A stretch of 64,000 nt of DNA from Planctomycetota bacterium (GCA_029260795.1 JAJDCO010000053.1:68414-132413), one strand, 5' to 3'. Numbered from the stretch's first letter, positions 27,261 to 39,552 are shown. The notes: generated from the sequence alone by a model not told the origin. A program made the numbers and translations.

Positions 27261-28250
27261 TCAGTCGGCCCTTCGGAATGCGTCGAGCAGCTCGTGCACG
27301 GCGCGCGTCGGGGGCAGACGCTGCTCTATGACGGCGGCTTCGACCTCGGCCAGGCGGCTCTTGACTCGCGGGTGCTGCCGGAATGCCGTCAAGAGTGACT
27401 GGTCGATGAGGGACCACATCCAGCTCTTGAGCTGATCGCGCCGGAGCGTCTCGAGGCCGTCGGCTGCGGTCAGAGCGGCGTGGTGCTCCTCGACCGCCTG
27501 CCAGAGCTCGTCGAGTCCGGACCCCGTTTGGGCACTGACCAGAAGCGTGCGCGGTCGCCAGGTGTCGTGACGCGGGCGCAGGTACCGCAGCGCGGCGCCA
27601 TACTCGCGCGCCGCCTCCCGCGCCAGCGGCAGCCGGTCGCCGTCGGACTTGTTGATGGCGAGGATGTCGGCGAGCTCGAGGATGCCGCGCTTGATGCCTT
27701 GGAGCTCGTCACCAGCACCGGGGAGGAGCAGCACCAGGAAGCAGTCGACCATGTCCGCGACGACGGTCTCCGACTGTCCAACACCGACCGTCTCAACGAT
27801 CACGACGTCGAAGCCGGCCGCTTCGCAGAGCAGCAGCGTCTCCCGCGTGCGCCGGGCCACGCCCCCGAGTGAAGTGGCGCTCGGAGAAGGCCGGATGAAG
27901 GCGTGGGGGTGTTGGGCGAGCTCGTGCATGCGACTCTTGTCGCCGAGGATGCTCCCGCCACTGAGCTGACTGGAGGGGTCGACGGCGAGGACAGCGACCT
28001 TCAGGTCGCGAGCGACGAGCCGGTTGCCGAGCGCCTCGATGAGCGTGCTCTTGCCAACGCCCGGAACGCCCGAGATGCCGAGGCGGCGAGAGCCGCCGGT
28101 GTGAGGCAGCAGGCGCGTCAGGACCTCCTGGGCGAGAGCCTGATCGGACGCCTGGCGGCTCTCGATCAAGGTGATGGCCCGCGCGAGCACGGTTCGATCG
28201 CCGCTGCGGACACCGTCGATGTATTGATCGATCGAGAGCCGATTCGCCAT
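27261..28250 (-). CDS. meaB: methylmalonyl-CoA mutase-associated G-protein chaperone MeaB/ArgK
   Basis: P-loop GVPGVGKSTL, Walker B/switch VIVETVGVGQSE and the NKxD motif AINKSD. At 329 aa the size is typical of MeaB. Confidence 0.92.
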   Translation of the reverse strand: MANRLSIDQYIDGVRSGDRTVLARAITLIESRQASDQALAQEVLTRLLPHTGGSRRLGISGVPGVGKSTLIEALGNRLVARDLKVAVLAVDPSSQLSGGSILGDKSRMHELAQHPHAFIRPSPSATSLGGVARRTRETLLLCEAAGFDVVIVETVGVGQSETVVADMVDCFLVLLLPGAGDELQGIKRGILELADILAINKSDGDRLPLAREAAREYGAALRYLRPRHDTWRPRTLLVSAQTGSGLDELWQAVEEHHAALTAADGLETLRRDQLKSWMWSLIDQSLLTAFRQHPRVKSRLAEVEAAVIEQRLPPTRAVHELLDAFRRAD

Positions 28251-28401
28251 GAAGTCCTCGAGTGCGAGATCGCATCACATGCCTCGAGGCCCGAAGTTAC
28301 CGGATCACGTCGCGAGCGCCTAGTCACGTCGTCCGGTCGATTCTCGGCGGGACGGACCTCGGATCCCGAATCACCCCAGCCTGACAGAACGCGCTTTCCT
28401 C

Positions 28402-28450
28402 GCCCGTCCCCTCGGAGGCCCGAACTCATTCGGGTGGGAGGTCGCGCGCC
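28402..28450. repeat. 49-bp intergenic repeat, copy 1
   Basis: gcccgtcccctcggaggcccgaaCtcattcgggtgggaggtcgcgcgcc. It contains the hairpin CCCGAA-ctca-TTCGGG and is 48/49 identical to copy 2. Confidence 0.85.
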
Positions 28451-28553
28451 CTTCCGAAGCCGTCGTGATCGCCGAGGGCGTCTCCAGCGGACTGAAGTCC
28501 GCCCTCCGGTTTTCGCCATGTGTCAGTCGGCGACAATCCAGCGGACTGAGCCA

Positions 28554-28602
28554 GCCCGTCCCCTCGGAGGCCCGAATTCATTCGGGTGGGAGGTCGCGCG
28601 CC
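28554..28602. repeat. 49-bp intergenic repeat, copy 2
   Basis: gcccgtcccctcggaggcccgaaTtcattcgggtgggaggtcgcgcgcc, 152 bp downstream of copy 1 within the mutB-meaB spacer. tccagcggactga is also duplicated, at ~28483 and ~28537. Confidence 0.85.
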
Positions 28603-28659
28603 TCGAATCGGCTCGTTGGGATGTCGGCCTGCCCACGATGTGCAGGCGCAAAAGGATCC

Positions 28660-30788
<2,129 letters not shown>

Positions 30789-30792
<4 letters not shown>

Positions 30793-32585
30793 CGGGGCAC
30801 CTTTCCGATCCGAGGCACGCCGACGGCCGCGAGGAGCTCGGTGAGCTGCTCCACGACATCGGCTCCCGCGAAGAGGAAGTCCGTCACGCCGGCCGAGCGC
30901 AGGGCCGCTTCGCGGTCAGCCGGACGCCCAGCCCAACCGAGCCTTCGCGGCGCGTTCGCCGCCAGCGCCCGCACGAGCGCTTCGCCATGGGTCGCCTGCC
31001 GCGCGTCGCTGGCACACACGACGACGAGAGCGGCTTCGCTCGCCCGCGCCGCGTCCGCCAGCGCTTCGGCAGCGGCCTCGGGTTCCAACGCGTCGCTGCC
31101 CTCGTGCTCCTCGACGTCGAATCCGCCCGCGATGAGGAGCTGTCGTGTCCACGTCGAGCGAGGCCCGTACTCGGAGCGAGGCCCCAGGTTGGCCAAGAAC
31201 GCGAGCGGCGGATTGGTCTGGGCCGCCTCCCGGAGCGCCTCGAACGGGGCCGCATCGGGTAGAAGAGTGAACGGCTCGATCGCCGGCCCGGACGCCCGAC
31301 GCTCTGTGGCCTTCGACGGCCACCTCGGCCGCGGTGGCCTCTCGAGGAGCTCTTCGCCCGCGAGCGGGTACTCGCTGACGCCGGTCAGCGGATCCTGTCG
31401 CCGCGCGATGCGCTGAGCGCGTTCCCGAGCGCTGGCGTCTACCCGTGTGCGAACCCATCCGGAGACCAGCGCTTCGGTCATGCCGCCAGCGGACTCGATC
31501 TGTTGGAATACCGCCCAGGCCTCTCGCGCCAGTTGGTCGGTCAGTGTCTCGATGGCGAACGAGCCTCGGGCCGGATCGGCAACGCGATCGACGTGTCCTT
31601 CGCGAGCCAGCACGAGCTGCGTGTTGCGGGCCAGGCGCAGTCCCAGCGTGCTCGGCTCGCCGAGGCGCTCATCGAAGGGGCGACAGACGATCGAGTCGGC
31701 GCCGCCGACGGCGGCCGCGAAGACGGCATGGCTGCTGCGCAGGACATTCACCCACGGATCGAATCGGCTGAGCATGCGGCGCGAGGTGTTTGCGTGGAGG
31801 ATCACGGCCGACTCTTGCTGCCATCCTGCGAAGAGCTTTGCGAGCAGCCAGCGCGCCGCGCGAAGCTTCGCGGCTTCGAGGAGCACGCCGGAGCTCACCT
31901 CGAGCGCGATCTCCATCGGTGCCTCGGCGATCTCGTCCGGCCGAGCGGCCAGGTAGGCGTGCGCGGTGGCGAGGCAAAATGCGAGCTCTTGAACGGCGTT
32001 GGAGCCGGCCTCGTGGTAGGGAGCGGTGTCGACGCGAAGGAGCGCGACTTTCCCGTCCGTCTCGAGCAGCGGGGCGAGCTCGCGCCACTCGGCCGTCAGC
32101 TCCTTCCACGAGCCTGGCAGTGCACCCGAGCGAGCGAAGGCGCCGAGCGGATCGGCCCCGAGGCGCAGCTCGGCCGGCGCGATCCCGGCTTCTCGCAAGG
32201 CCGCGACCCACGGCAGCGGCTCGGCGCCCGCTTGCAACGACAGTCCGACGAGGTCTCCGGGCAAGCGCCGAAGCGAGTCTGACGAGGCGCGCAGCTCTGC
32301 TGTTCGCAAGTGCAGGCGCGTCGGCTCGTCACCGAGGGCGGCGGCGATGCGAGCGGGATCGGCGAATGCGCGCTCTTCCCACAGAGCCCAGCCCGTGTCC
32401 CGCGGCAATGGTGGCGCCGAATCCGGGCGCTCGGCATACAGCGGCGCGAGGGAGACGCCTTCGACCATCGGCGTGCCGAGAGTGCGCTCGAAGTCCCAAC
32501 CCTCGAGCTCCGCCTCGACACGACTCCGCCACGACTCGAAGTCGACCGGTGGGAATCCCTCGGGCATGTGCCTATCTCGTCGCAT
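30789..32585 (-). CDS. mutA: methylmalonyl-CoA mutase small (beta) subunit
   Basis: ~598 aa, homologous in layout to the large subunit but lacking the DxHxxG His. It sits immediately upstream of mutB. Start candidates are TTG 32591, ATG 32585 and ATG 32567 ([13 protein letters not shown]). Confidence 0.85.
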
Positions 32586-33217
32586 CACCAACCCCGATCA
32601 CTCACAATCGAGCGCAATCGCGACTCGAAGTCCGAGAATGCCGACACCGCCCTGAGCGGTGAGTAGTCATCGATCAGGTCAGCTAGCCGGCGGACGCGTT
32701 GTGGAATGCGGAGTTTCTCGAGACGCCTTCCAGAGAGCTCGGATGCTCGTCGGATCAATGAATGGAGGACATCCTTTGGATCGGCGAGTTCCTCGACTCT
32801 GCTGATCTGCGGTATTTCCAAGTGAACTGCTCCGTTCGGGTTGTCAGCCGCTGTTCGAATCGCGAGCTCGTCAAACAAGAACCATGCCTCGCTCATACGG
32901 ACTGGGACAACGCCGCAGATCGGTTGAGAATCTGCAATCCGCGCGCAGGCATTCTCGACCTCGATAAGGCGTTGCTCACGATCAACTGATTCTGCGTCTC
33001 GATGGACCAGAAGGAGATCGCAAGGATACAGTCTCAGGAGCCGACTGACTCGGTCCTCAAGGCTTCGTGTCCCTGTCTTCGGGACGAGAAACGGATTCGC
33101 CCACTCTCCCACGGCAGGGCGTGAGCAGATTGACCGCAGGAGCCAATCGATTGGCTGCAACAGTATCTCGTCGGAGCTGCCGTCGGCAATAAGGGTGAAG
33201 CGGAGGGCCTCCTCCAT
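32585..33217 (-). CDS. small TOPRIM-like protein (DUF4276-like), partner of the upstream ATPase
   Basis: 210 aa. The N-terminal acidic motif is LIADGSSDEILL, which compares with the VEGxTE/VEGxSD of TOPRIM-type families. Central motif: LLLVHRDAES. Later motif: VVPVRMSEAWFLFDE, which compares with the EAL/EAW motif of DUF4276. The ATG lies 2 nt after the ATPase TAG. Its own TGA overlaps the mutA ATG by 1 nt. Local G+C is visibly lower than in the flanks. Confidence 0.55.
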   Translation of the reverse strand: MEEALRFTLIADGSSDEILLQPIDWLLRSICSRPAVGEWANPFLVPKTGTRSLEDRVSRLLRLYPCDLLLVHRDAESVDREQRLIEVENACARIADSQPICGVVPVRMSEAWFLFDELAIRTAADNPNGAVHLEIPQISRVEELADPKDVLHSLIRRASELSGRRLEKLRIPQRVRRLADLIDDYSPLRAVSAFSDFESRLRSIVSDRGW

Positions 33218-33219
33218 CC

Positions 33220-34689
33220 CTATGCCTCGTCCCTAAACAGAAGTAGTTGCTCGACTTTGTTGGCGACGGAGGGGTCGGTGCTGTTGCCAGAAGCGGGTGT
33301 CGCCTGTGTCGCTCTGAGGCGATTACCTTCGAGGTATGATCGGACTGCTCCGAGTGAGATCGTTCTCAGTGGATGCGACCGCGATCTCCAACTGTCTGGC
33401 ATGCTCGAAAAAGTGAGTCCTCGCGTCCTCTCGAGTTTTCCCGAGCTCGATTCGAGCTTTGCAAAGAGCAGGTCCTGTGCCGACACAAGGCCCGCAAGCC
33501 CAGGTGAATGCGTATTGACGATTACTTGTCGGAGTGGATTGTCCGGGCCGATTGGTGATGTCGCATCCACAGCGATGTCGTGAATCAAACTGAGCATCGC
33601 CTCCAATCGCTCAGGGTGAATCCCGTTCTCCGGCTCCTCAAGGCAAATCAGGCCTCCCTCAGTGGGATCCTGCTCCAAGACAGCCAGTGCCAGCATTCGG
33701 AGCGTTCCATCGGATAGCGCGCTGGCGGGCAGTTCGACCCCGTGCCGATCCAAGAGCATTACAGTGAGGAGCTTTCGCTCGTCGTCGCGGTCGACTCGAA
33801 TCGTCCTCACGTCGTCAACCAGCTCGGCAACACGATTTGCGATGGCGGTGTAGACATCGCCGCGGCCAGACTTGCCGCTTCCATTCTCTTGCGCCAGTCG
33901 GTGAAGAGTTGATGGGAGGTTTTTTCCAGTCGGTCCAATCCGAGCAGGCGCATCGAAGCGGTCGGGCAGGTTCAAAGCGCTTGGCTCGAGGTGAAGTTGG
34001 CGCCAACTCTGCATCTCTCGCCGGACGAGTAGGGCCGTGCGGCTCTCGGTCGCGTTCCTGGCGGATGAGAGTACTGTTCTTGGGAGATGAGCCAGCGGAA
34101 ACTCAGGAGGTCGTCCACCACGTTTGGAGTCGCCGGTCTCAGTCTTTCGGTCGAAATGAATCCTGACGATACCCTTGTCTCTTTGAGTAGATATGAATGG
34201 AGTGGTTCGCGTTGGTCGGCCCACTACCGACTCGAACCAGTCTCGTGTGAAAGCAAAGCCCAGTGATTTCTTGGCCTCGCCTTTGGGGACGTAGCTCAGT
34301 GCTTCATTCTCGATTTGAAGTGAGCCTCTCAGGGCGTCGTCGGTTGGATCTCGGTACTTGATCTCGAGTTCGTACCTGACGCAGGTGGCGCTTGCCTGAG
34401 CACGTTGACCAAAGTCATCAACGCTTTGAGCCGGGATGAGCATTTCGGCCGCAAGGCTCATTCGGCGATCGCCGCCGAATGTGAACAGATTCTGGATCTC
34501 GCTTCCCCCACGGACTCGAGCTGCCGCTTCAATTAAGGGGTGGTCGGCGAGATGGCGAAGGAGCTCGATTGCATCAAAGAGATTCGATTTGCCAACGCCG
34601 TTGGCTCCTGCAATGCAGGAGAACGGTCCGAATCTCACGTCGACGTCGACGAGATTCTTGAACCCTCTGACTGTCAATCGAGTCAACAT
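33220..34689 (-). CDS. ABC/SMC-type (AAA_15/AAA_21-like) ATPase
   Basis: 489 aa. Walker A is GANGVGKSN, the ABC signature is LSDGTLRMLAL, Walker B/D-loop is LICLEEPENGIHP and the H-loop is VNTHSP. The N-terminus MLTRLTVRGFKNL is typical of RecF/SMC-like ATPases. The start lies 9 nt after the icmF stop, with GAGGA in the spacer. Confidence 0.8.
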   Translation of the reverse strand: MLTRLTVRGFKNLVDVDVRFGPFSCIAGANGVGKSNLFDAIELLRHLADHPLIEAAARVRGGSEIQNLFTFGGDRRMSLAAEMLIPAQSVDDFGQRAQASATCVRYELEIKYRDPTDDALRGSLQIENEALSYVPKGEAKKSLGFAFTRDWFESVVGRPTRTTPFISTQRDKGIVRIHFDRKTETGDSKRGGRPPEFPLAHLPRTVLSSARNATESRTALLVRREMQSWRQLHLEPSALNLPDRFDAPARIGPTGKNLPSTLHRLAQENGSGKSGRGDVYTAIANRVAELVDDVRTIRVDRDDERKLLTVMLLDRHGVELPASALSDGTLRMLALAVLEQDPTEGGLICLEEPENGIHPERLEAMLSLIHDIAVDATSPIGPDNPLRQVIVNTHSPGLAGLVSAQDLLFAKLESSSGKLERTRGLTFSSMPDSWRSRSHPLRTISLGAVRSYLEGNRLRATQATPASGNSTDPSVANKVEQLLLFRDEA

Positions 34690-34698
34690 GCATCGTCC

Positions 34699-37600
34699 TC
34701 ACATGTTGCGGCGATACTGGCCGCCGACCTGGTAGAGCGCGTGGGAGATCTGGCCGAGCGAGCAGACCTGGCAGACTTCCATCAAGGCTTCGAAGAGGTT
34801 TCCATTCTCGACGGCGGTGCGTTGGAGCGCGGTGAGGAGATCGGCCGAGCGCTCGGCGTTGCGCTGCTGGAATGCGTTCTTGGAATCGATCGCATACTGC
34901 TTCTCCTCGGTCGTCGACCGAATGACCTCCTCGGGGACGATGGTCGGCGAGCCTTTCGGGTCGAGGAAGGTGTTCACGCCGATGATCGGCAGCTCACCGG
35001 TGTGCTTGAGCGACTCGTAGAGCAGCGACTCCTCTTGGATCTTGCTGCGCTGATACATGCGCTCCATGGCGCCGAGCACGCCGCCTCTCTCCGACAAGCT
35101 TCGGAACTCGGTGAGGACGGACTCTTCGACCAGGTCGGTGAGCTCCTCGATGATGAAGGCGCCCTGAAGCGGGTTCTCGTTCTTGGTCAGCCCATGCTCT
35201 TTGTTGATGATGAGCTGGATGGCGAGCGCGCGGCGCACGCTCTCCTCGGTGGGTGTGGTGATCGCTTCGTCGTAGGCATTCGTGTGGAGCGAGTTGCAGT
35301 TGTCGTAGAGCGCGGTCAAGGCCTGAAGCGTCGTTCGGATGTCGTTGAAGGCGATCTCTTGAGCGTGCAGGCTGCGGCCCGAGGTCTGAATGTGGTACTT
35401 GAGCTTCTGCGAGCGAGCGTTGCCGCCGTAGACGCTCCTCATCGCCTTCGCCCAGAGGCGGCGCGCGACGCGTCCGATCACCGAGTACTCGGGATCCATC
35501 CCGTTCGAGAAGAAGAACGAGAGGTTGGGTGCGAAGGCGTCGATCGGCATCCCACGCGAGAGGTAGTACTCGACGAAGGTGAAGCCGTTGGCGAGGGTGA
35601 GGGCGAGTTGGGTGATCGGGTTGGCTCCCGCCTCGGCGATGTGATAGCCCGAGATCGACACCGAGTAGAAGTTCCTCACCTCGTGCTCGATGAAGTACTG
35701 CTGAATGTCGCCCATCATCCGCAGCGCGAACTCGGTCGAGAAGATGCAGGTGTTTTGGGCCTGGTCTTCTTTGAGGATGTCGGCTTGCACCGTGCCGCGC
35801 ACGCGCTGCAGGGTCTCGGCCTTGATGTTCTCGTAGGCCTCACGGGGCAGCACCTCGTGCCCGCTGACGCCGAGTAGCAAGAGCCCCAGGCCGTCGTTGC
35901 CCTCCGGCAGATCGCCTTGGTAGCGCGGTCGCGGCAGGTCTCGCTCGCGGTAGAGCGAGTCGATCAGGCGGTCGGCCGCTTCGACTTGACCCTTCTCGTG
36001 GAGGTAGCGCTCGCACTGCTGATCGATGGCCGCGTTGAGGAAGAACCCCAGCAGCATGGGCGCCGGACCGTTGATCGTCATCGAGACCGAGGTCTTCGCA
36101 TCAGCGAGCTCGAATCCCGAGTAGAGCTTCTTGGCGTCGTCGACGGTGCAGATGCTGACGCCCGAGTTGCCGACCTTTCCATAGATGTCCGGACGCTGGT
36201 CGGGATCCTCGCCGTAGAGCGTGACCGAGTCGAACGCGGTCGAGAGACGCTTGGCCGGCAGGTTGTGTGAGAGGTAGTGGAAGCGCTTGTTCGTGCGCTC
36301 CGGTCCACCCTCGCCGGCGAACATGCGGGCCGGATCCTCGCCTTGACGCTTGAGCGGGAACACGCCGGCCGTGTAGGGGAAGTGCCCGGGCGTGTTCTCG
36401 CGCAGACGCCAGGTCAGCACGTCACCCCAGTCCTCGTAGCGCGGCAAGGCGACCTTGGGGATCGTCAAGCCCGACAGCGTGTGAGTATGGAGATCCTGCT
36501 CGATGACCTTGTCTCGCACCTCGAAGCGGTACTTGTCGGCGCGGTAACGGCGCTTGACCTCGGGCCACTCTCGGAGCAATTGGCGGCAGTCGGGGTCGAG
36601 CCGGCCCTCGAGCTCGTGGTAGAGGTCCACGAGCTCGGCGAGGTAGTCGGGCTCCCCGGCGGCGTGCTCGACGACGTGGACCAGCGAGTCGTCTTCGGAC
36701 TCGACCACCTCGATCTCGCGTCGACCGACGCGGCTGCGCAAGAGCTCGATCGTGCCGTGGAGCTGGTAGAGGCGACGCGCTAGTGTGCTTTGCTCCGTGA
36801 CGAAGCGCTCGTACTTCTCGGAGGCTTCGGCGATCTCTTCGAGGTAGCGGACACGCTGAGGCGGGATGATGCTCTGCTTGCCGCTCGCCTCGTCCGACAC
36901 CTCGAGGTTCGAGTGGAGTGGCGCGCCGGTGCGCTCGGCGATCAAGTCGATCAGGCGCCGGTAGAGGCGATGGGTGCCCGGATCGTTGAACTGGGCCGCG
37001 ATCGTGCCGTAGACGGGCAGGCTCTCGGTGTCGGTGTCGAAGAGCTGCCGGTTGCGCTGGTACTGCTTCCGGACGTCGCGCAGTGCGTCGAGTGAGCCGC
37101 GCTTGTCGAACTTGTTGATCGCGATGACGTCGGCAAAGTCGAGCATGTCGATCTTCTCGAGCTGCGTGGCGGCGCCGTACTCGGCCGTCATCACGTACAG
37201 TGACACGTCGCTGTGCTCGGTGATCTCGGTGTCCGACTGCCCGATGCCCGACGTCTCGACGATCACGAGATCGAAGCCCGCCGCCTTACAGATGTCGATG
37301 GCGCTCTGCACTTCGCGGCTCAGCGCGAGGTTGGCTTGGCGGGTCGCCAGGGAGCGCATGTAGACCCGCGGGTCGTGGATGGAGTTCATGCGGATGCGAT
37401 CGCCCAAGAGCGCACCTCCGGAGCGGCGCTTCGAAGGGTCGACCGAGATGACCGCGATCGTCTTGTCGTCGAAGTCGAGCAGGAAGCGGCGCACCAGCTC
37501 GTCGACCAACGACGACTTGCCCGAGCCGCCGGTGCCCGTGATGCCGAGCACCGGAACGACCTGACCGTTCGTCAGGTGTCGCACACGATCGAGCAGCTCG

Positions 37601-38142
37601 TCCGAGTCGTCGGGATGGTTCTCGGTCACCGACACCAAGCGCGCGATCGCCTGCGCGTCGCGCTGGCTCAGCTTTTGGACCTCGCCGTTGACCGGTGCTT
37701 CGGTCGTCGGGAAGTCGCACTGTGCAAGGAGGTCGTTGATCATGCCCTGCAGGCCCATGGCGCGGCCGTCGTCGGGCGTGTAGATACGCGAGATGCCGTA
37801 GGCGTGCAGCTCCTCGACCTCGTGCGGATGGATCGTTCCGCCGCCGCCGCCGAAGATCTTGATGTTCGCGCCACGCTCCTCGAGCAGATCGCGCATGTAC
37901 TTGAAGTACTCGACGTGACCGCCCTGGTAAGACGTGATGGCGATGCCTTGAGCGTCTTCTTGGATGGCACAGTCGACGATCTCGGCGACCGAGCGGTTGT
38001 GCCCCAAGTGAATCACCTCTGCGCCGGATGCTTGCAGGATGCGGCGCATGATGTTGATGGCAGCGTCGTGTCCGTCGAAGAGCGCTGCGGCCGTGACGAT
38101 GCGGATCGGGTTCTTCGGGGTGTAGGCTTCGGAGAGTCCCAT
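34699..38142 (-). CDS. icmF: fused isobutyryl-CoA mutase IcmF (B12 domain, MeaB-like GTPase, mutase barrel)
   Basis: 1147 aa. The N-terminal B12 domain carries [11 protein letters not shown]. The G-domain motifs are [24 protein letters not shown] and AINKFD. The C-terminal ~600 aa form the acyl-CoA mutase substrate domain. Confidence 0.9.
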   Translation of the reverse strand: MGLSEAYTPKNPIRIVTAAALFDGHDAAINIMRRILQASGAEVIHLGHNRSVAEIVDCAIQEDAQGIAITSYQGGHVEYFKYMRDLLEERGANIKIFGGGGGTIHPHEVEELHAYGISRIYTPDDGRAMGLQGMINDLLAQCDFPTTEAPVNGEVQKLSQRDAQAIARLVSVTENHPDDSDELLDRVRHLTNGQVVPVLGITGTGGSGKSSLVDELVRRFLLDFDDKTIAVISVDPSKRRSGGALLGDRIRMNSIHDPRVYMRSLATRQANLALSREVQSAIDICKAAGFDLVIVETSGIGQSDTEITEHSDVSLYVMTAEYGAATQLEKIDMLDFADVIAINKFDKRGSLDALRDVRKQYQRNRQLFDTDTESLPVYGTIAAQFNDPGTHRLYRRLIDLIAERTGAPLHSNLEVSDEASGKQSIIPPQRVRYLEEIAEASEKYERFVTEQSTLARRLYQLHGTIELLRSRVGRREIEVVESEDDSLVHVVEHAAGEPDYLAELVDLYHELEGRLDPDCRQLLREWPEVKRRYRADKYRFEVRDKVIEQDLHTHTLSGLTIPKVALPRYEDWGDVLTWRLRENTPGHFPYTAGVFPLKRQGEDPARMFAGEGGPERTNKRFHYLSHNLPAKRLSTAFDSVTLYGEDPDQRPDIYGKVGNSGVSICTVDDAKKLYSGFELADAKTSVSMTINGPAPMLLGFFLNAAIDQQCERYLHEKGQVEAADRLIDSLYRERDLPRPRYQGDLPEGNDGLGLLLLGVSGHEVLPREAYENIKAETLQRVRGTVQADILKEDQAQNTCIFSTEFALRMMGDIQQYFIEHEVRNFYSVSISGYHIAEAGANPITQLALTLANGFTFVEYYLSRGMPIDAFAPNLSFFFSNGMDPEYSVIGRVARRLWAKAMRSVYGGNARSQKLKYHIQTSGRSLHAQEIAFNDIRTTLQALTALYDNCNSLHTNAYDEAITTPTEESVRRALAIQLIINKEHGLTKNENPLQGAFIIEELTDLVEESVLTEFRSLSERGGVLGAMERMYQRSKIQEESLLYESLKHTGELPIIGVNTFLDPKGSPTIVPEEVIRSTTEEKQYAIDSKNAFQQRNAERSADLLTALQRTAVENGNLFEALMEVCQVCSLGQISHALYQVGGQYRRNM

Positions 38143-38595
38143 GGTCGAGAAGTCCGGGCAGTCGGGAATGCTGGGTGGGGAAACCGGGCAGTGCCGGGAA
38201 TCGGCTTTCGAGGTCGGGCGTCTGGAGAGGACGGTGTCGAGCTCGAAGAAGCAACGGTAAATCTACCCAAGGCCAGTGGTTGGGTAGGATAGCGCCGTGA
38301 AGGCGAGATTGCCAGAATGCCTTGCGGGGGAGGCGTCACCGTGGGAGCCCGGAGGGGGTGGAACCACTGAGGGCACGGAAGGGAGGCGCCGCGCCAGCGA
38401 GGGAGCACGGAGGGTTGGGAGCCATTGAGGGGACTGCGGGTAGGCGTGAGTCGAGGCCCGAAGGTCCGTCAGTCACTCGGCCCGTGCACGAAGCGGAAGG
38501 TGGACCGATTCGCAACGACTCTCCTGGCAAGACCCGATGATCGTCGTCCGTCGGGACGCGATGCCCGGAGGGCCGTCCGTCGATCGCCTCGGGCA

Positions 38596-39552
38596 TCAGC
38601 CCGGGGGCGCGGTGTCGAAGGCATCCACGAGGCGCCGAAAGAGGCGCATGCGTGTTCGGATGCCGCGCTCGGGCTCGACGGCTTGGCCAGCCTTCGCTCG
38701 CAACAAGCCTTGATAGAAGCGGTGCAGGAGGCTCTCCATGGGGTCGGCCATGGGGATCGCGCGGTCGCCGCCGCGCAACGACATCGAGTAGTCCTCGAGC
38801 GAGACCTCGCGATCGGCTCGGGCACCATTGATTGCGTAGGCCGCTGGCTTCGGCTGCTCGGTCTGCGTGCGGCAGGTGATGGTCGATTCGACCAGCGCCA
38901 AGCCGGCACGATAGACGAACTCACAGATCAAGGTGCGATCATCGGGGCGAGAGTAGCGGATCTCGGTCAGGTCGATGTCGTCGCCGGGCAGGATCCGCTG
39001 GAGCAGGCTGATGGGGTGCGAGAAGCTGTCGACGACCATGGCGCGCCCCCCGGCGTGAGGGCTCAGCCACATCTCGAACCGCTCGGGGACCTCTTCGCCG
39101 AGAGGGGGGAACAGCTCGAGATAGGTGCCCCAGGTCTCCTGCCATTGCACGTTCTCCATGAGAAGGAGACCGCGTTCCGTGAAGCCATCGACCAGCCGTT
39201 TCGTCGAGGCGACCGGCTTCGGATCGCCGATGAGGAAGGGCTTTTCGCAGAGCGTGTGGAGCCCGAGTTTCAGGGCGGCTTCGAGGTACTGCTGATGCGT
39301 CTCGGCGGGCGAAGCGATCACGACGGCATCGAGACCTTGCCGCGTCGCGGCTTCCGCAAGGGTCGAGAAACCTTCGGTCACGATCCCGCACTGTTGACGG
39401 AGCTCGCGCACGCCTCCTTCGAGGGTCTCGGGACGATGTCCGACGATGGCCGGCAGCTCGGCCCCGAATCCGACCAAGAAGCGAGCCATGAACGGGCCGA
39501 GGCCTTGCTGGCTGCGCCGGGGACCGACCAGAGCGATGCGGGGGGCAGTCAT
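38596..39552 (-). CDS. Gfo/Idh/MocA family oxidoreductase
   Basis: 318 aa from the ATG at 39552 (MTAPRIALVGPRRSQQG). It has an N-terminal Rossmann region and the EKPF motif (LCEKPFL). The upstream 207 aa of the 525-aa track ORF are a shadow of the Nudix gene. The start overlaps the Nudix stop (ATGA). Confidence 0.75.
   Translation of the reverse strand: MTAPRIALVGPRRSQQGLGPFMARFLVGFGAELPAIVGHRPETLEGGVRELRQQCGIVTEGFSTLAEAATRQGLDAVVIASPAETHQQYLEAALKLGLHTLCEKPFLIGDPKPVASTKRLVDGFTERGLLLMENVQWQETWGTYLELFPPLGEEVPERFEMWLSPHAGGRAMVVDSFSHPISLLQRILPGDDIDLTEIRYSRPDDRTLICEFVYRAGLALVESTITCRTQTEQPKPAAYAINGARADREVSLEDYSMSLRGGDRAIPMADPMESLLHRFYQGLLRAKAGQAVEPERGIRTRMRLFRRLVDAFDTAPPG

Noticed and set aside
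32585-34698. Interpretation of the AT-richer two-gene module as part of a prophage, IS element or integrative island.
   Set aside because: No integrase, transposase, tRNA target, terminal inverted repeats or flanking direct repeats are visible. The module is only two genes and is spliced between operon genes with 9-nt, 2-nt and -1-nt junctions. It is therefore reported as an inserted gene cassette of unknown mobility rather than as a mobile element.
38143-38595. Cobalamin riboswitch upstream of icmF; a CCACTG (B12-box-like) string occurs at ~38364.
   Set aside because: The string lies on the plus strand, whereas icmF is transcribed on the minus strand. The other conserved riboswitch elements were not seen. 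B12-dependent enzymes are not the usual targets of this riboswitch.
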